Positions 27,216-40,900 of a stretch of DNA of 64,000 nucleotides are shown piece by piece. The stretch comes from Psilocybe cubensis (lineage: Eukaryota): the NCBI GenBank assembly GCA_017499595.2, contig CM039010.1, forward strand, positions 1,860,001-1,924,000. The letters run 5' to 3'. Positions within the stretch are counted from its first letter, which is position 1, and each line of letters begins with the position of its first letter. The position numbers and the translations under genes are program-made. A model generated the notes under the pieces. The model was not told where the DNA came from. It did not search any database and saw only the letters and a program-made list of their open reading frames with translations.

Positions 27216-27430
27216 TATTGCGGCGTGGTGTTTTCTGCATGGGGTGCTGGAGTTGGAGTTAAAGGTTGAGGTTTCCTCTTCCGCTCCCAATATCAAGTAA
27301 CTTGACACCAGGAGCCAAAGAGAAAAATGCCAGAGTGATAGAGCCGTTCTGTGATGTTCTTGTCTTCAAACCTAATGAGGATAGAAAGTTGGTCCTTCTG
27401 GAACTCCTCCCCATTGCGACAAAGAGCCCG
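27216..27430 (-). pseudogene. Fragment resembling the C-terminal part of a Tad1-type LINE ORF1
   Basis: The frame reads LSILIRFEDKNITERLYHSGIFLFGSWCQV; resemblance by eye only. Confidence 0.3.
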
Positions 27431-27434
27431 TATG

Positions 27435-27707
27435 TACACCCGCCATCCAATTTCACGGTTCCATCCCATTTTCGGAAGGCTTATTTACCATCGTACCCAG
27501 ACAACCCGGTTATCCTCTTCTTACCATTTCGCTTTCGTTACCCTTCACAATCCACACCATCCTAATCTACTTAAATCCTAGGCAGTGTCCTCCCTTAAGA
27601 AACTTAGGAGAAGGTTTCGTCCTATCCAGTCTGGACCACTCTTTCCCTGGGGTTTGTGTTTGTTGGATTACTTATAGTTTATAACCAATCACAAACTTTG
27701 ATCTTCA
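27435..27707 (+). repeat. 3' fragment of a Gypsy A LTR
   Basis: Near-identical to ~10290-10562 and ends at the same TCTTCA. Confidence 0.93.
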
Positions 27708-29288
27708 CCGTGCATGATGAAATAAGCATCACATAGGTCCTAGACCTAGCGCGCGCTCAAGGCAAATTACAAACCTTAATTTATTGCACTCCACAATGAC
27801 CAACCAAAGATATTGAAGTAACCGTCACCAGACGGTATGACTAAGCCCTCGGCCTCAAAGCATCTATCCGAAACAGTATTGTACTCTCCAAGTGCTGCTA
27901 CGCAGTGTTCTGGCAAGCCGGCATGTAAAGCCGACAGCCTGATGCTACCTGTATGCCAAGAGACGGAGAAATGAAGGAAGAATTATTAAGAGCTCCTAGT
28001 CAGAATAAGTTGCCGGCTTGAGTATACAATTGCACATTGCTGATGTAATCACTGACTTAGACGAATAAGAGCGCTTATATGCTCGGATGAAGGAATGAAA
28101 ACCACCGCCTTGCGAGTCTGACTCGCTATGCGCAGTAACCTTGTTACCAATTCTTGTTTGTATAATGTAATATTAGTTAGTCAGGTCTCCATTTCTCAGT
28201 AGTACTCATAGTATAAATTAAACCATGTCATGTAGTGTAAGGACAAGCAATCTTATACCCAAGAATTGAGAGTACAGATTTAATCTGCATCTTTGCGTTC
28301 CCCAGTGTGATCAATTGTTTCGCGGACAAGCTCGTCATCTAAGAGAAGAAAGACCGAGTGTAGTTCACCTGGATTTGAATATATAAGTGCTTTGGTTCAT
28401 TAAGCGCTCTTGTATTGCAAGTCAAATATTCTATACTTTCTAAGTTAATTCTTAGGAGGTGACCAGGGCAAGAGGCTACTGGCGTAGGTCTGCCAGTTCT
28501 TCTTAGAGGGAAGAGCTCCTACACCGTTTCATTTAGCCAAGAGGGCACCTGTAACTTTGAGGGTTGCAGTTTTGTATTGTCTAGGACTTTGAGGGTCCAC
28601 CCACAAACTATAAGAGAATCTCATCTCTGAACAAGACCACTATACACTGAAGGGACTTGAAGGAAGCGTGTGCGCACACAAATCTAACAAGCGCTCTTAC
28701 TTGCATTTGGCGATTGAGTTGAATTAGATTCTTACCAAGTGCAACAACGTGCAGCATAGTGCACATCACCCCACACATTAGTTCTTTTGAACGTGAAGCT
28801 TTTCTGTAGAGTGTATTAATAGCTCTGCTCCCCTCCCAGTGACGAACATCATTGTTACAGCAATTGACTTGGGAATTGCACTGTCACCCCAAGCAAGACA
28901 TATTATCTAGAGCCCACCACAAGGGAGGGTTATACTTCAGAAAAGCTACGCTTTTAAAAGAAAGAAAAATTTATAAAAACAACAAGCTCTGTTGACAGAA
29001 CTCAAACATAAAAACATAAAATCACAATAGCTAAAAGCTCTTACAAGGGTTTTAAGCAAACTACAAAGAACTCCAGCTCGAGAGGAGATCTTTTAGTTTT
29101 AAAAGATCCATCCAAGCAAATTAGAAAACCCAGAGTCAAGACTGAGCCCGTTGAACAAGTTATCCCTAAGTGGACAGCTTCTATGTTAGAGCTCTTATTT
29201 GAATTACCTTTTGAGACCGTAGAAGATCTTCAAACTCTCTACTACAGTCCTAAAGTCAAACCTAGCAGCAATACTGTTCAGGACTCGT

Positions 29289-30453
29289 AAGGACCAACAT
29301 GGTAAGGTATTGCATAAGTACCTGGGCACCAAGGACGAACACAATACCTATGAGGCGGAAGCAGTGGGAGGCCAGCAGGCCTCCAAGCTGATACAAAACA
29401 AAGAGACAACACCCAGCAACAAGATCGACATCTTCAGTAATAATCAGTTGCTTCTGAGGAATCTAAGCTGGCCCAAAGCTAAGTCAGGTCAACAAATAAT
29501 GCTGGACATTGATAAAGCTTTTTGCACCTTGCAGGGTAGTATCACCGTACACTGGATTTTGGGCCACTCCGACGTGCTGGAGAACGAACGTGCTGACGAG
29601 GAGGCCAAACAAGCAGCCGAGGGAGATTCTTCGCCCATAGATGAGCTACCCACACCATTAAAAACATTGATAAAATGCAGTGCCTCGGCAGAGAAACAGG
29701 CATACCAGGAAGAGCTGCTGACAATCTGGAGAGATCGATGGAACTCGTCAAAAAGAAAGGCCCAATTCGCGTCAATAGACACAGAATTCCCCTTCAACAA
29801 ATACCGGAAAGCCATGAAGAACCTAAATCAGACTCAAGCCAGCGTGCTGATACAGGTAAGATCAGGACATATCCCGCTGAATAACCACCTCAGCAGGATC
29901 AATGGCAACCAAGACAAGCACTGCCCAAAGTGCTACAAGAGGAGAGGTGGACAGCAAGCAGTCAAGACAGTGAGGCACTTCATATTTGAGTGCAAGGGTT
30001 ACCAATGCCAGCAGAGGGAGCTATGGGAAGAACTGGGCAAACACTGCTCAAACCTGGAGGAACTCACAACCAAACACAACCACGTCAAAGCGCTATTACG
30101 ATTTATTGCAAAAACAAAACGGCTACGACCCTATAAAGAAAACTTACTAAAAAGAGGAGTAGAGGAAGAGGAAGGAAACTAAATGGGCGACAGACCTACA
30201 AAACCTCAAACTGAGTCAAAACACGAGCTTGTAGAGTTGGAAGATAGCCTACCAAAGGCCGGAGATGCCACCTCAAACAGCCTGGAAGAGGCTGGGCTAG
30301 GAGGGGGGACGTGAGGGCCCCCCTTAGTGCAGAGGGGATTGATGAAAGCCAAAACGCTAATGGAGCGTAGTAGGTAGTTAGTTAGTAGTAAGCCAAGGGA
30401 GGGGCCCACCCCTCAGAGGCTATAACACAAAAAACAAAAAAATAACAACAATA
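29289..30453 (+). mobile_element. 5'-truncated non-LTR retrotransposon (Tad1-like): RNase H, Zn finger, A-rich tail
   Basis: ORF 29310-30182 has YEAEAVG, VHWILGHSDVLENERADEEAK, QVRSGHIPLN and CPKC..TVRHFIFEC; A-rich tail at ~30424-30453. Boundaries are approximate. Confidence 0.88.
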
Positions 30454-30454
30454 T

Positions 30455-31846
30455 ATGCTATCTTTCCCAATCCCAGACAGCCACAATGTGCCCAAGTTTG
30501 TGCCTACTAAACTGGCAGAGCTCTTGAGGTTTATTGACCAGATGGAGGATTTATACAAAGAACATAAGATAACAGATGATAAAAAAAAGATAGCGCGCTT
30601 AGGAAAGTACGCATCTGCAGACACAGAAGAAGAATGGAAAGCATTTGATTTGTTCAGAGGCAATAGTTGGGATGCATATAAACAAGAAGTGATTAGCAGT
30701 TATTCTGCTGCCACTAATCTAGTGCATGGTTCCTACTTAAAAATCAAGAAAATCTGTGCACCATATGTTGGAAGGAATCGCATAACATCTGACGACATTA
30801 GCAAGCTCTTAAAGTTGAAGCGAGCTTTTGGAGCGGCTGCAGCAAAGATCATGAAAGATCCGCCACTCATTTCAAACCAAGAAGTGGTAGAGCTCTTCTT
30901 AGGGTGTTTGAGTACTTCATTCAGGACTCGAATCCGTGACAAGATGGATGACGCCTTGGACAGCAGGAGATTAGCCGCAGAAAACTTGGTTGGAGAAGAG
31001 CGCAAAGCTGCGTTAGCAAAGTTAGAAACGCGCTTAGATGATCGATATTGTTATTCAGATGTAATTGCGATGGCAATCAAAATAGTGGATAGAGTGTCAC
31101 AAGCTTCTGCTATGGCAATTGACCTGACCGATGACAGGGATGATGAGGATATTCCGAGAGAATATACCAAAGAAATTAAGAAGGAATATAATAAGGCAGA
31201 TGATGTAGTGCCTAAAATTGAAGAAGCTGTCGCGCAGATTAGCAATATGCTTAACCTTCTAATGAAGAAAGAAGCGGCTAGGGACAAGCAGAATGAGCTC
31301 TTTGATAGGAAGTTCAATTCGCTGCAGAGTTCCTTGGCTAATTGAAAGCAAACTTTAGCGCCTCCACCAAGAGCACCTAATTTTGGATATACCAATAATG
31401 GTAATTCCTCTTATAATAACCCCGGATTTGCGCCTAGATTGCAGCCTCAGTCTATCATTGGGTGTTTTTATTGTAGAGACTTAACCCATAGGATTAGTGA
31501 GTGCCCGCTCGCAAAGCAACATGAGAAAAATAAGTGGATTATTAGAGATGGAGGCAGAGTTTACAACATAGATGGTTCCCGAATTGCTCAAGATGGAAAC
31601 AAGAGCATAAAGGAAGTAGTCAAGCAAAGAAACGCACCTAGACTAGGTGTGATTCCAATTGCTAAGTTGCCACCTCAACCTGGGTTTTTCCAAGATCAGG
31701 AGAATGATGATTATGAAGTCGACAATGGGGATATACAGATAGCTCGCATAATGACAGCGCTCTTACAACAACATGGTCAAGACACAGTAGAGCGGGTAGT
31801 TACAAACCTGTATCTGACCAACAATGATAACCAAAATTTTTATTGA
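30455..31846 (+). pseudogene. Gypsy B gag
   Basis: FPIPDSHNVPKF start and knuckle CFYCRDLTHRISEC; one in-frame TGA at 31343-31345. Confidence 0.85.
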
Positions 31847-34800
31847 GTTTGAGGAAGGGTCGCGTTGCTCGGAATGTGTTACTCACAACCCGCTTAGCAA
31901 CTAAAAATCTGGAGAACAAAAATGCAAATAAAAAGGTTACATTCAAAGAAACAGAAAACAATGAAGGCAGTGTTGAAGAAGATGAACTGGATGATGAAGA
32001 AGAAAGCCCACCTATGAAAGTAGGGCCTCCAAAGCATCAGAAAGTCGAAGTCGTGATTCCTATCAGAAGAGCGCTTACCAAGAAACCGGAAGTTGCAGTG
32101 CCAGAGACAGTTACAACGCCCAAGAAAGAGAAAGTACCTGAAATTCTGTTTGTAGGGATACCTCCTATTGAGATAGTAGAGCGCCTGACGGATACAGACA
32201 AACCTACACTTGATACTCCAGTAGTCAAGCCAGGCCCTGCATATAGAACAAGAGAACCTATCAAAGCAGAGGTGGAAGCTGACAATATAATTGATGAAAT
32301 ACTGGATTTGAAAGTAGGTGTGCCTCTCAAGCAACTTGTAGGCAATACACCTGCAGTTAGGGAAAGACTCAGGAAGAGATTTACCAAAACAAGACAAGCA
32401 TTGTTGCAAGAAACTAAGAGCGCTTATGAGCCTTATGCCGAAGACATAGAATTAGATTGAGATATCACTGGATTACCAGTATCCTCGTTTATATTAGCGT
32501 CTGACGTGAAGGATGACACATGAATGGAACCTAAATGGAAAATAGGAGCGGATCCATTTCTGCAGTTTGCACAAACACACTGCACAAACGCACAATGGAG
32601 CGCTTCCTAGAGAAGCTTTATCAATGGCTGATACCTGTAATCTTAGGGTAATATACCCCAGAATTAATGGTGTTGGGCAGGAAGAAGCTATCCTGGATAG
32701 TGGTTCACAAATAGTTTTAATGGCAGAAAATGTGGCAGTTGAATTGAGTCTCACATGGAAACCCGCCATTACTATTAACATGCAGAGCGCTAATCAATCT
32801 GTAGACCGTGCATTGGGTCTTGCAGAAAATGTAGCTTTTAGCATGGGTGGTGTAACAATTTATCTCCAAGTTCACATTATCAAGAACCCTGCTTATCGAG
32901 TACTATTGGGACAACCTTTCAATAGGTTAACAGCATGTAATGTGAAAACTGAAACTGATAGAAGTACTGTGATTACAATCACAGATCCTAATACTGAAAG
33001 AAAGGCAACTGTACCTACCTATGAAAGAGGCAGAGGTCCAGAAGAGCTGCAGAAGAATAAATTTGCTGCTCAGTCTTTTTAGACAGCCTTGAGGAATTGA
33101 TGCCAGATCAAGGAGAGGCTGCCTTATTATTCGAGCTCGATGAATCAACTAAGACAATCTCCTTAGCTGGGTATTCATTAGTGCGCGAAGAAAAATTTAC
33201 TGAAACTGGAGTACGGAATACTTTCCTATCTCAACCTATATACAGTGAAGATATGGATTTTGGAGTGAAGAAGAAACTTGAGAGTTATTTACATCAAATG
33301 ACTCCATCACAGCCAGACAAACCTAGGAGCGCTTACCCAAGTGCCTCTGTTTTTGTAGGCAAGAAGTATAAATCAGTCGCTCTGAAAGTGAAGCTAGTAT
33401 ATGCAGAGTTACCTGATAACTTTTGCATAAAAAGAGAGATTAAGGGGGACCCATTGGCTGAAATGCCAAAGCTAAATCCCAACCTTCCTGACTTCACACC
33501 AACCAGTAGATACACGCAAGAGCGCCAAGCTGCATTTGATAAAGTGCATAAGGGAGATTTTTTATGGGCAGAAGAGCGGAAGGCTGTACACCATTTAATG
33601 ATGCAACAGAACAAAGCTTTTGTCTGGGATGATAGTAAAAGGAAACAGTTCAAAGAAGAATATTTCTCTCCAGTGAAAATTCCAACTGTAGAGCATGAAC
33701 CATGGGTTTATAAAAATATACCCATACCACCAGGATTGTTTGATGAAGTCTATAGAATTATCAGGTCAAAACAAGCGTCTGGGGTATATGAAGAGTCAAA
33801 CTCGTTGTTCCGCTCTAAGTGGTTCACTGTAGTCAAGAAAGATGGAAAAAGTCTATGCATTGTGCATAGTCTGGAACCATTGAATGCAGTTACTATCGCT
33901 CATTCAGATGTGCCTCCAGCTATGGAAGACTTAGCTTCACACTTTGCTGGAAGAGCGTGTGGGGGCATGTTTGATTTGTATGTTGGGTACAATAAAAGAA
34001 AATTAGACGAGTCGTCAAGAGACTTGACCACCTTTCAGACGCCTTTTGGTGCAATGAGACTGACCACACTACCCATGGGATGGATCAATTTGGTACCCAT
34101 CTTTCATGATGATGTCATGTACATCCTAAGAGATGAGATACCTGAGTTCACTCAACCGTATATTGATGATGTAGCGGTTAGGGGACCAGCATCTTGGTAC
34201 CAAAGTGAAGATGGCAGTTACACGCTCTTACCTGAAACCTCAGGAATAAGAAAATTTGTCTGGAAGCACTTACAAAATGTGAATTGTATAGTCCAACGTA
34301 TAAATATGCTGGTGGTATATTCTCAGGGACTAAGTCATTAGTCTGTGCAGATGAGATTGTAGTAGTAGGGCATGCTTGTACTATGGAAGGAAGGAAACCT
34401 ACGACAGAACATGTAAAAGCAATTATGGACTGGGTGGAATGCAAAAACGTCTTAGAAGTAAGAGCATTTCTTGGAGTAGCTAGTGTATTGCGAGCATACT
34501 GTATATCCTAGGCTATGCAAAGAGATCAAGAGTACTTCAGAAATTAACTCATCAAGGGAAAACCTTTGTATGGGGACCTGAACAAATTGATAGCATGAAA
34601 GCAGTAAAAGATGGAGTGAGAAATGCTCAGTGTTTGAAACCCATTGACTACTATGGTGAAGAAAATATAGTATTGGCAGTGGATACTTCTTACATGGCTA
34701 TTGGGTATTACATCTATTAAGAAAAGAAGGATAATCTAAAGGAACATAATTATGTGAAGTTTGGATCTATTGGATTGAAAGATCCTGAAGCTAGGTACTT

Positions 34801-36867
34801 ACAGCCAAAGCACGAGCTCTTAGGAGTCAAGTCTGCTTTGAAGAAAAACAGGCATCTATTAATAGGAGCGCGCAAGCTAGTTGTTGAGACTGATGCTAAA
34901 TATATTGCTGGAACATTGCAAAATCCCAACATGATGCCTAATGCAACTATAAATAGGTGGATAGAAGAAATAGGACTATTTCACTTCACATTAAGGCACG
35001 TAGCAGGAAAGACATTTGGACCAGATGGATTGTCCAGGAGGTCTAGACAACCTAATGATCCGCCGCTTGATGATGACGAGGACAGAGAGTTAGAACCAAG
35101 TGGACCTCTGCTGTTAGAAATTGTGAATTCCGAGGATCCGCTACCTCTACCAATCAAAGAATTTGTAAAGATATTGATACTTGTGGGGGATATTTGCAAA
35201 CCACTAAACAAGAGCTCGAAATTGATGCCAAATATGTGGGTTTAGCAAGATTAGAAGAAGATTTTGAGCAAGAGCTCTTAAGTACAGAATTAGCAAGAGC
35301 GGAAGAAAGAGCTTGTTTAAACAAGCATATAGAGGTAAATGGGAATTGTATGGGTCGAGAACGCACTGTATATGTGCAGCAACTAGTCGCTACCCTAGCG
35401 TTACCTGAAGAAACTCAAGTATCAGAGACGGAAAAAGAAGCGCTCTTAGAGCAGCGTAGCGAGAAAGCAAAAACATATGATGAACAGTTAGATGATGTAG
35501 TCTTATGGCATAAAGATCATAGTCATTGCCCAAGTGGACTGACCAAGAAACGGCAGGCCGCCTTCGTACAATTTGCAAGGCAATTTTGTACAATGAAAGA
35601 CTATATTACAGAAATAATGGTGCCACACATCGGTTAGTGGTGAAACCTGATAGAAGGATGTACATGTTGAAGGCAGCACACAATCATGTAGGTCATAGGG
35701 GATATTATGCTACTAGTCAGCTGTTAATGCAGAGATTTTGGTGGCCAGAGATGGAGCGCAATGTGAATTGGTTTGTTAAGAGCTGTCATCTTTGCCAAGA
35801 GCGGCAGAAGGTTATGGTCAAAATCAAACCAACTATCACACATACTCCATCTATATTCCAAACTATGCATGCTGATACGCTCAACATGTCCCCCGCATCA
35901 AATATGTAAATGTTCACATATTGTGCACAGAAAAGACGTGCTTACCACATGGATAGAAGGGCAACCGCTACAGCGCAAAACTGGAAGATTAATTGGTCAA
36001 TGGTTATGGGAAGACATTATTTGTAGATGGGCTTGTATGTCAGAGCTTGTAACAGATAATGGTGGACCTTTCTTAGCCGCGGCTAAATGGTTAGAGTCAA
36101 AATATGGAATTGTAGAAATTAGGAACTCACCCTATAATTCACAAGCAAATGGAGTAATAGAAAGACCTCATTAGAATGTACAACAAATGTTGTATAAAAT
36201 GTTAGGAGAAAAGAATGTGAAGCAATGGTATCACTTTTTCCACTACATCATGTGGGCAGATAGGGTCACAATCAGGAAGCGCCTAGGGTGCTCACCCTAT
36301 TTTATGGTGACTGGAAGTCATCCCATACTACCATTAGATGTGAAAGAAGCAACTTGGTTAGTTGCACCACCAACAGGTATTATGACAGAAGAAGAGCTCT
36401 TAGCTTCCAGAGCAAGAGCGCTAGCCAAACACAAGTTACACATTAATGAGATGAGAGCGCGTATTAATATACAAAAGTTAGAACAATTGCAGAAGTATGA
36501 AAAAGACTATGCAGCTGTAATACGCGACTATGATTTCAAAACTGGAGATTTGGTATTGATAAGAAATACAACAGTGGAAAAGTTGCTTAATAAGAAAATG
36601 AAATCAAGATATTTAGGACCTATAATTGTAATTCGACGAACTAGAGGAGGATTCTATATTGTGGCAGAAATGAATGGTGCAGTTTTGCAGAACAAAGTTG
36701 CAGCATTTAGGGTATTACCCTACTTCCCTAGAGAGAAGATAGCTATGCCAGCCAATATTCAGGATTTAATTGATATCTCAGAAGAAGCACTATTAGAAAT
36801 TGAGCAAAACGAACCTACAAGCAAGGACTTAGCCTTTAAAGGGGTAAAATTAGACCCAGAAGACTAA
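31843..36867 (+). pseudogene. Gypsy B pol (protease, RT, RNase H, integrase)
   Basis: AILDSGSQ, PYIDDV, VVETDAKY, AHNHVGHRG, CHLCQER, LVTDNGGPF and RYLGP. Confidence 0.94.
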
Positions 36868-37985
36868 GCGCGCTTATGGTTATGAGTGGGGGTACGATAT
36901 TTATTAGTAGGAAAGGTGAATGTACATGAGCTACATTACAAAAAACCTCTAGTGAACTAAGCGCTCTTATGCGGCCTTGGTACAGACGTCAGGCGCCAAC
37001 TCCAATTGCTTCAACAACACATTGCGTTGTTGATGAGCAATATAGATCCGACCTTCTATGTCCTGGATCTAGGAGCGGATAAGGATGACAAGTTGCTTGA
37101 TTGCCTCGCTATCCTGGATTTCCAAGAAAGGATTGGCAACTGGTTGATCCAAGTAGCCGGCAACGATGCTCAAAACAGAAGTAGTGGCAGGTTCTAAAAA
37201 TATAAGAAATAAATTTAGAAAATGATAATAAAAATAAATGCATACCGTCAATGGGCAACGATCCCTCCTTGGCATTGGGTTGCTCGGTGCGAGCACGTTT
37301 ATGAGGATTGTTGACGTAACGGGCAGCCTTGAGATAAGCAGTGGAATTAGTATCCATACCAGGAACTGAAGTGTACTCAAGAAGAATCACCTTGGGGTGT
37401 TTTTTGTTTAAACAAAAAGCCTACGACAATGACAAAAAAGTCAGAAAGAGAAGACAGAATATTAGGAGCGCCTAACCTTGGGACCATTGGGGATGGGCTT
37501 GCGAGCATATTTGCCCTTGGGACCACCTGAAGCACAAGTGCTAGAGGCAGGTCCAGTCGTCTCTTTAGTGATGGCAGAAGTGGTAGTGACATGGGTAATG
37601 ACATCGTTAGCAGCGTTGATAGCAGCCGCGGCAGTGGCCGGGTTGTCGTCAACGGCCATACTCTACAATTGCAAGTTGAGAGAATATAAGTGGGTGGATA
37701 GAGAATCTGCTACCTCATCCTGCTCCTCCTGTGAAGAAGTGAGCTCAGGCTCACTGAGGGTAGATGAAATGAATTCCACCTCATTAGAATCCTCAGCGAT
37801 AGCCTTGGATTTGTAGAGCCGGTTACCATGTTTGGTTACCTTAAGAGCTCTTAGTCTAAGAGTGCGTATGATGGCATGGAGACTCACATTAGTGGCAGTA
37901 CGTGGTTTAGCAATATTACCGCACGCAGCTTTGATACCACGAGTGAGCTCCTTCCAGATGAAGTACTCGGGCTTGAAAGCCACTA

Positions 37986-40900
37986 GTACCTACCACTTTA
38001 TTTAATATAACTTGGGCACTTGCCCTGCACACCTGTTTATATGGTGCCCACCTTTTTTAGATGCAAAATATATATCATTATAGGCCAAGCTATATTATAA
38101 ATCTGTATCATAGCTGCCCAAATCTGTATCATAGCCACCCAAATCTGTATTATATTTGCCCAAAGTTTGTATCATAGCCACCCAAATCTATATCATAGCT
38201 GCCCAAAGCTTGTATCATTGATTTTAAAAGCTATATTATTAATTTCCGGAGCTGCATCATTAATTGTCCAAGAGCTACATTATTCTTTTTTAGATTACTT
38301 AATGGCTGCATCATTCTTTCTAGATTACTTAATAAAATGATTCTGATGTCATTGATCTGATTAGAAATAGGCTTTGGGCCATCATTGATGGATATAACAT
38401 CATGCTCAATTAGGGTTCTGGGCCTTTCCCTTTGCCTTGGCCCCTAGCTCTATAAATAACACTCATCCTATGCTATTTTTGTGCATTGCTGGCAATGGAT
38501 TGGGCGCTTTTGGGGGCATTTCTGGACCGTTTCCCTTGGTCTTTTTTGGTAAACCTATAGTTTCAAGGTGTCCCAATCCGAATATAAAATTAAAATTGCA
38601 ATATCTTTACTCATTACTGTGCAATTAAGTGTACAATGTTTTGGTCAAAAGGCGCACCTTGAATAGCACCCTCCAGGAGTTGGTATTCACCCTTTTGACT
38701 ATTCCATTATTTTTTATTTATGTTAGACGGAGTATATGCCAAGTTTTAGCTTAATTGGAGCAGTGGAACCTATTGAACTGGAATGTGCACCCTACCCCTC
38801 CTCCTACCCCTTGTATAAATGCCTTCCTGACCAGATAAATTCAGGCCCAGCTAGGAATGGTTAGGCGAATATTATATCAATTTTTAAAGCTCTTAATCTT
38901 AATCAAATTCTAATATTGGATGGTACCATTCCCCATCCTTCCCAAATTTTGTGTATTTTATTATAGCATAGGATGAGCCTTCAGACCGTTAATAGACATG
39001 TAAATCCAACACTAAAGGTATCTACAACCCAAAACTTATTCTTGGAAACCCTCTGTAGCAAGGGAACATACTGATTAAAGGGGGGTATGAGGAAAGGTAT
39101 AGTAGGTTGTTGATCAGGCCATATCTTTACAAATACTTTGTCATAAATGATATTTTTGACGTTTACAGATACCTATAGTTTCCCCCTAACTATCATTCTT
39201 AAGCTGCAAAAAGATCCATCCATGAGATGAGATGCTGTAGAGGGAATACCATTCTTCATCAAAATGCACAGTATTTTTGCATTTACCATACATAAATGAT
39301 CATAATCAGAAAATATAAAAGCAGGATAATATTGCCCTAAAATTTAGCTTTCCAGAACATTAAGGATGTTGTGCATCGGACCAGTGGTTGTTGAGATATG
39401 GAAAGAAAGGTGTTAAAGAATCTATCAGAGACCCGGATGGATATTGGCCTTTATTTATGCTTTGTTTGTGGTCACCTCTTTAGTCTTTCTCCGAGATACA
39501 TTTTGACATATCTCAGCTCATACTTATCGGATTTCCATGAGTGTATATACCACAGATAGGTGTCATTTGGGGCTACACAATCGTATTATATTTGTATTTT
39601 TTGGGTGTTATCTTGCCCATCATATTTTGCCTTTTCGCTATTTTTAGACAATTTTGCTTATTCTTCTTGTATCATTTTGTGAGGTGCTCTGGCTGTTTAG
39701 CACACTAAATATAATATGTAGAGGACCGTAATAGCTATCAGTAGATGTATAATATGAGGATTTTGGTGAAGTATAAGCGGTGATATGCTCATATTAGGGT
39801 GGAAACCTAATGTCTTTTTGTTGACCTCATAACCAAGGTTTTCTTCTTCATCTAGAATGTTTCAAAGGTATGTATTGTGTTACTGGTACTGTGTAAGACA
39901 GTTTTACATACTTATATGTGCTGGAAATGTCTATTCTATCCTGTAATAAAATATATAATTTCTGGAGGGAATGGAGAATGATACCCTTCAATCTTAGAAT
40001 TTGATTAAGATTAAGGGCTCTAAAAATTGATATAATATCCGCCTAACCAACCCTAGCTGGGCCTGAATTTATCTGGTCAGGAAGGCATTTATACAAGGAG
40101 AAAACCCTCTGTAGCAAGGGAACATACTGATTAAAAGGTGGGTATGAGGAGAGGTATGGTAGGTTATTGATCAGGCCATATCTCTACAAATACTTTGTCA
40201 TAAATCATATTCTTGACGTCTATAGATACCTATAGCTTCCCCCTAAGTATCTTTTTCAAGCTGCAAAAAAATCCATCCATTATATGAAATGCTGCAGAGG
40301 GACTACCATTCTTCATCAAAATGCATAGTATTTTTGCATTTACCATATATAAATGATTATGATCAGGAAATATAAAAGCAGGATAGTATAGCCCCAGAAT
40401 GTAGCTTTCCAGAACATCAAAAATGTTGTGCATCAGACCAGTGGTTGCTGAGATATGGAAAGAAAGGTGTTGAAGAACCCATCAGAGACCCGGATGGATA
40501 TTGGGCCTTTATTTATGTGTTGTTTGTGGTCACCTATCTAGGGTCTCTCCGAGATACATTTTGACATATCTCAGCTCATACTCATTGGATCTTCATGATT
40601 TTATATACCCCAGATAGGTATCATTTAGGCCTACACAACTGTATAGTCAGTATAATTTTTGGGTATTGTTATGCCTATCATATCTTGCTTTTTTGGACAA
40701 TATTGCTCATTCTTCTTGTACCATCTTATTAAGCACTCTGGTCATTTGGCACCATGAATATAATATGTAGAGGACCTTGGTAGCTATCTGTGAATGTATG
40801 ATATGTGCATTTTGGTGAAGTATAAGTGGTGATATGGTCATATTATGTTGCACATCCAATACCTTCTTTTTAGCCTCATAACCAGGGTGTTCCCCTTCAT

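Noticed and set aside
29310-30182. Extra RNase H domain native to Gypsy B
   Set aside because: The LINE-type C-terminal Zn finger and A-rich tail indicate an inserted non-LTR fragment, although no TSD was found.
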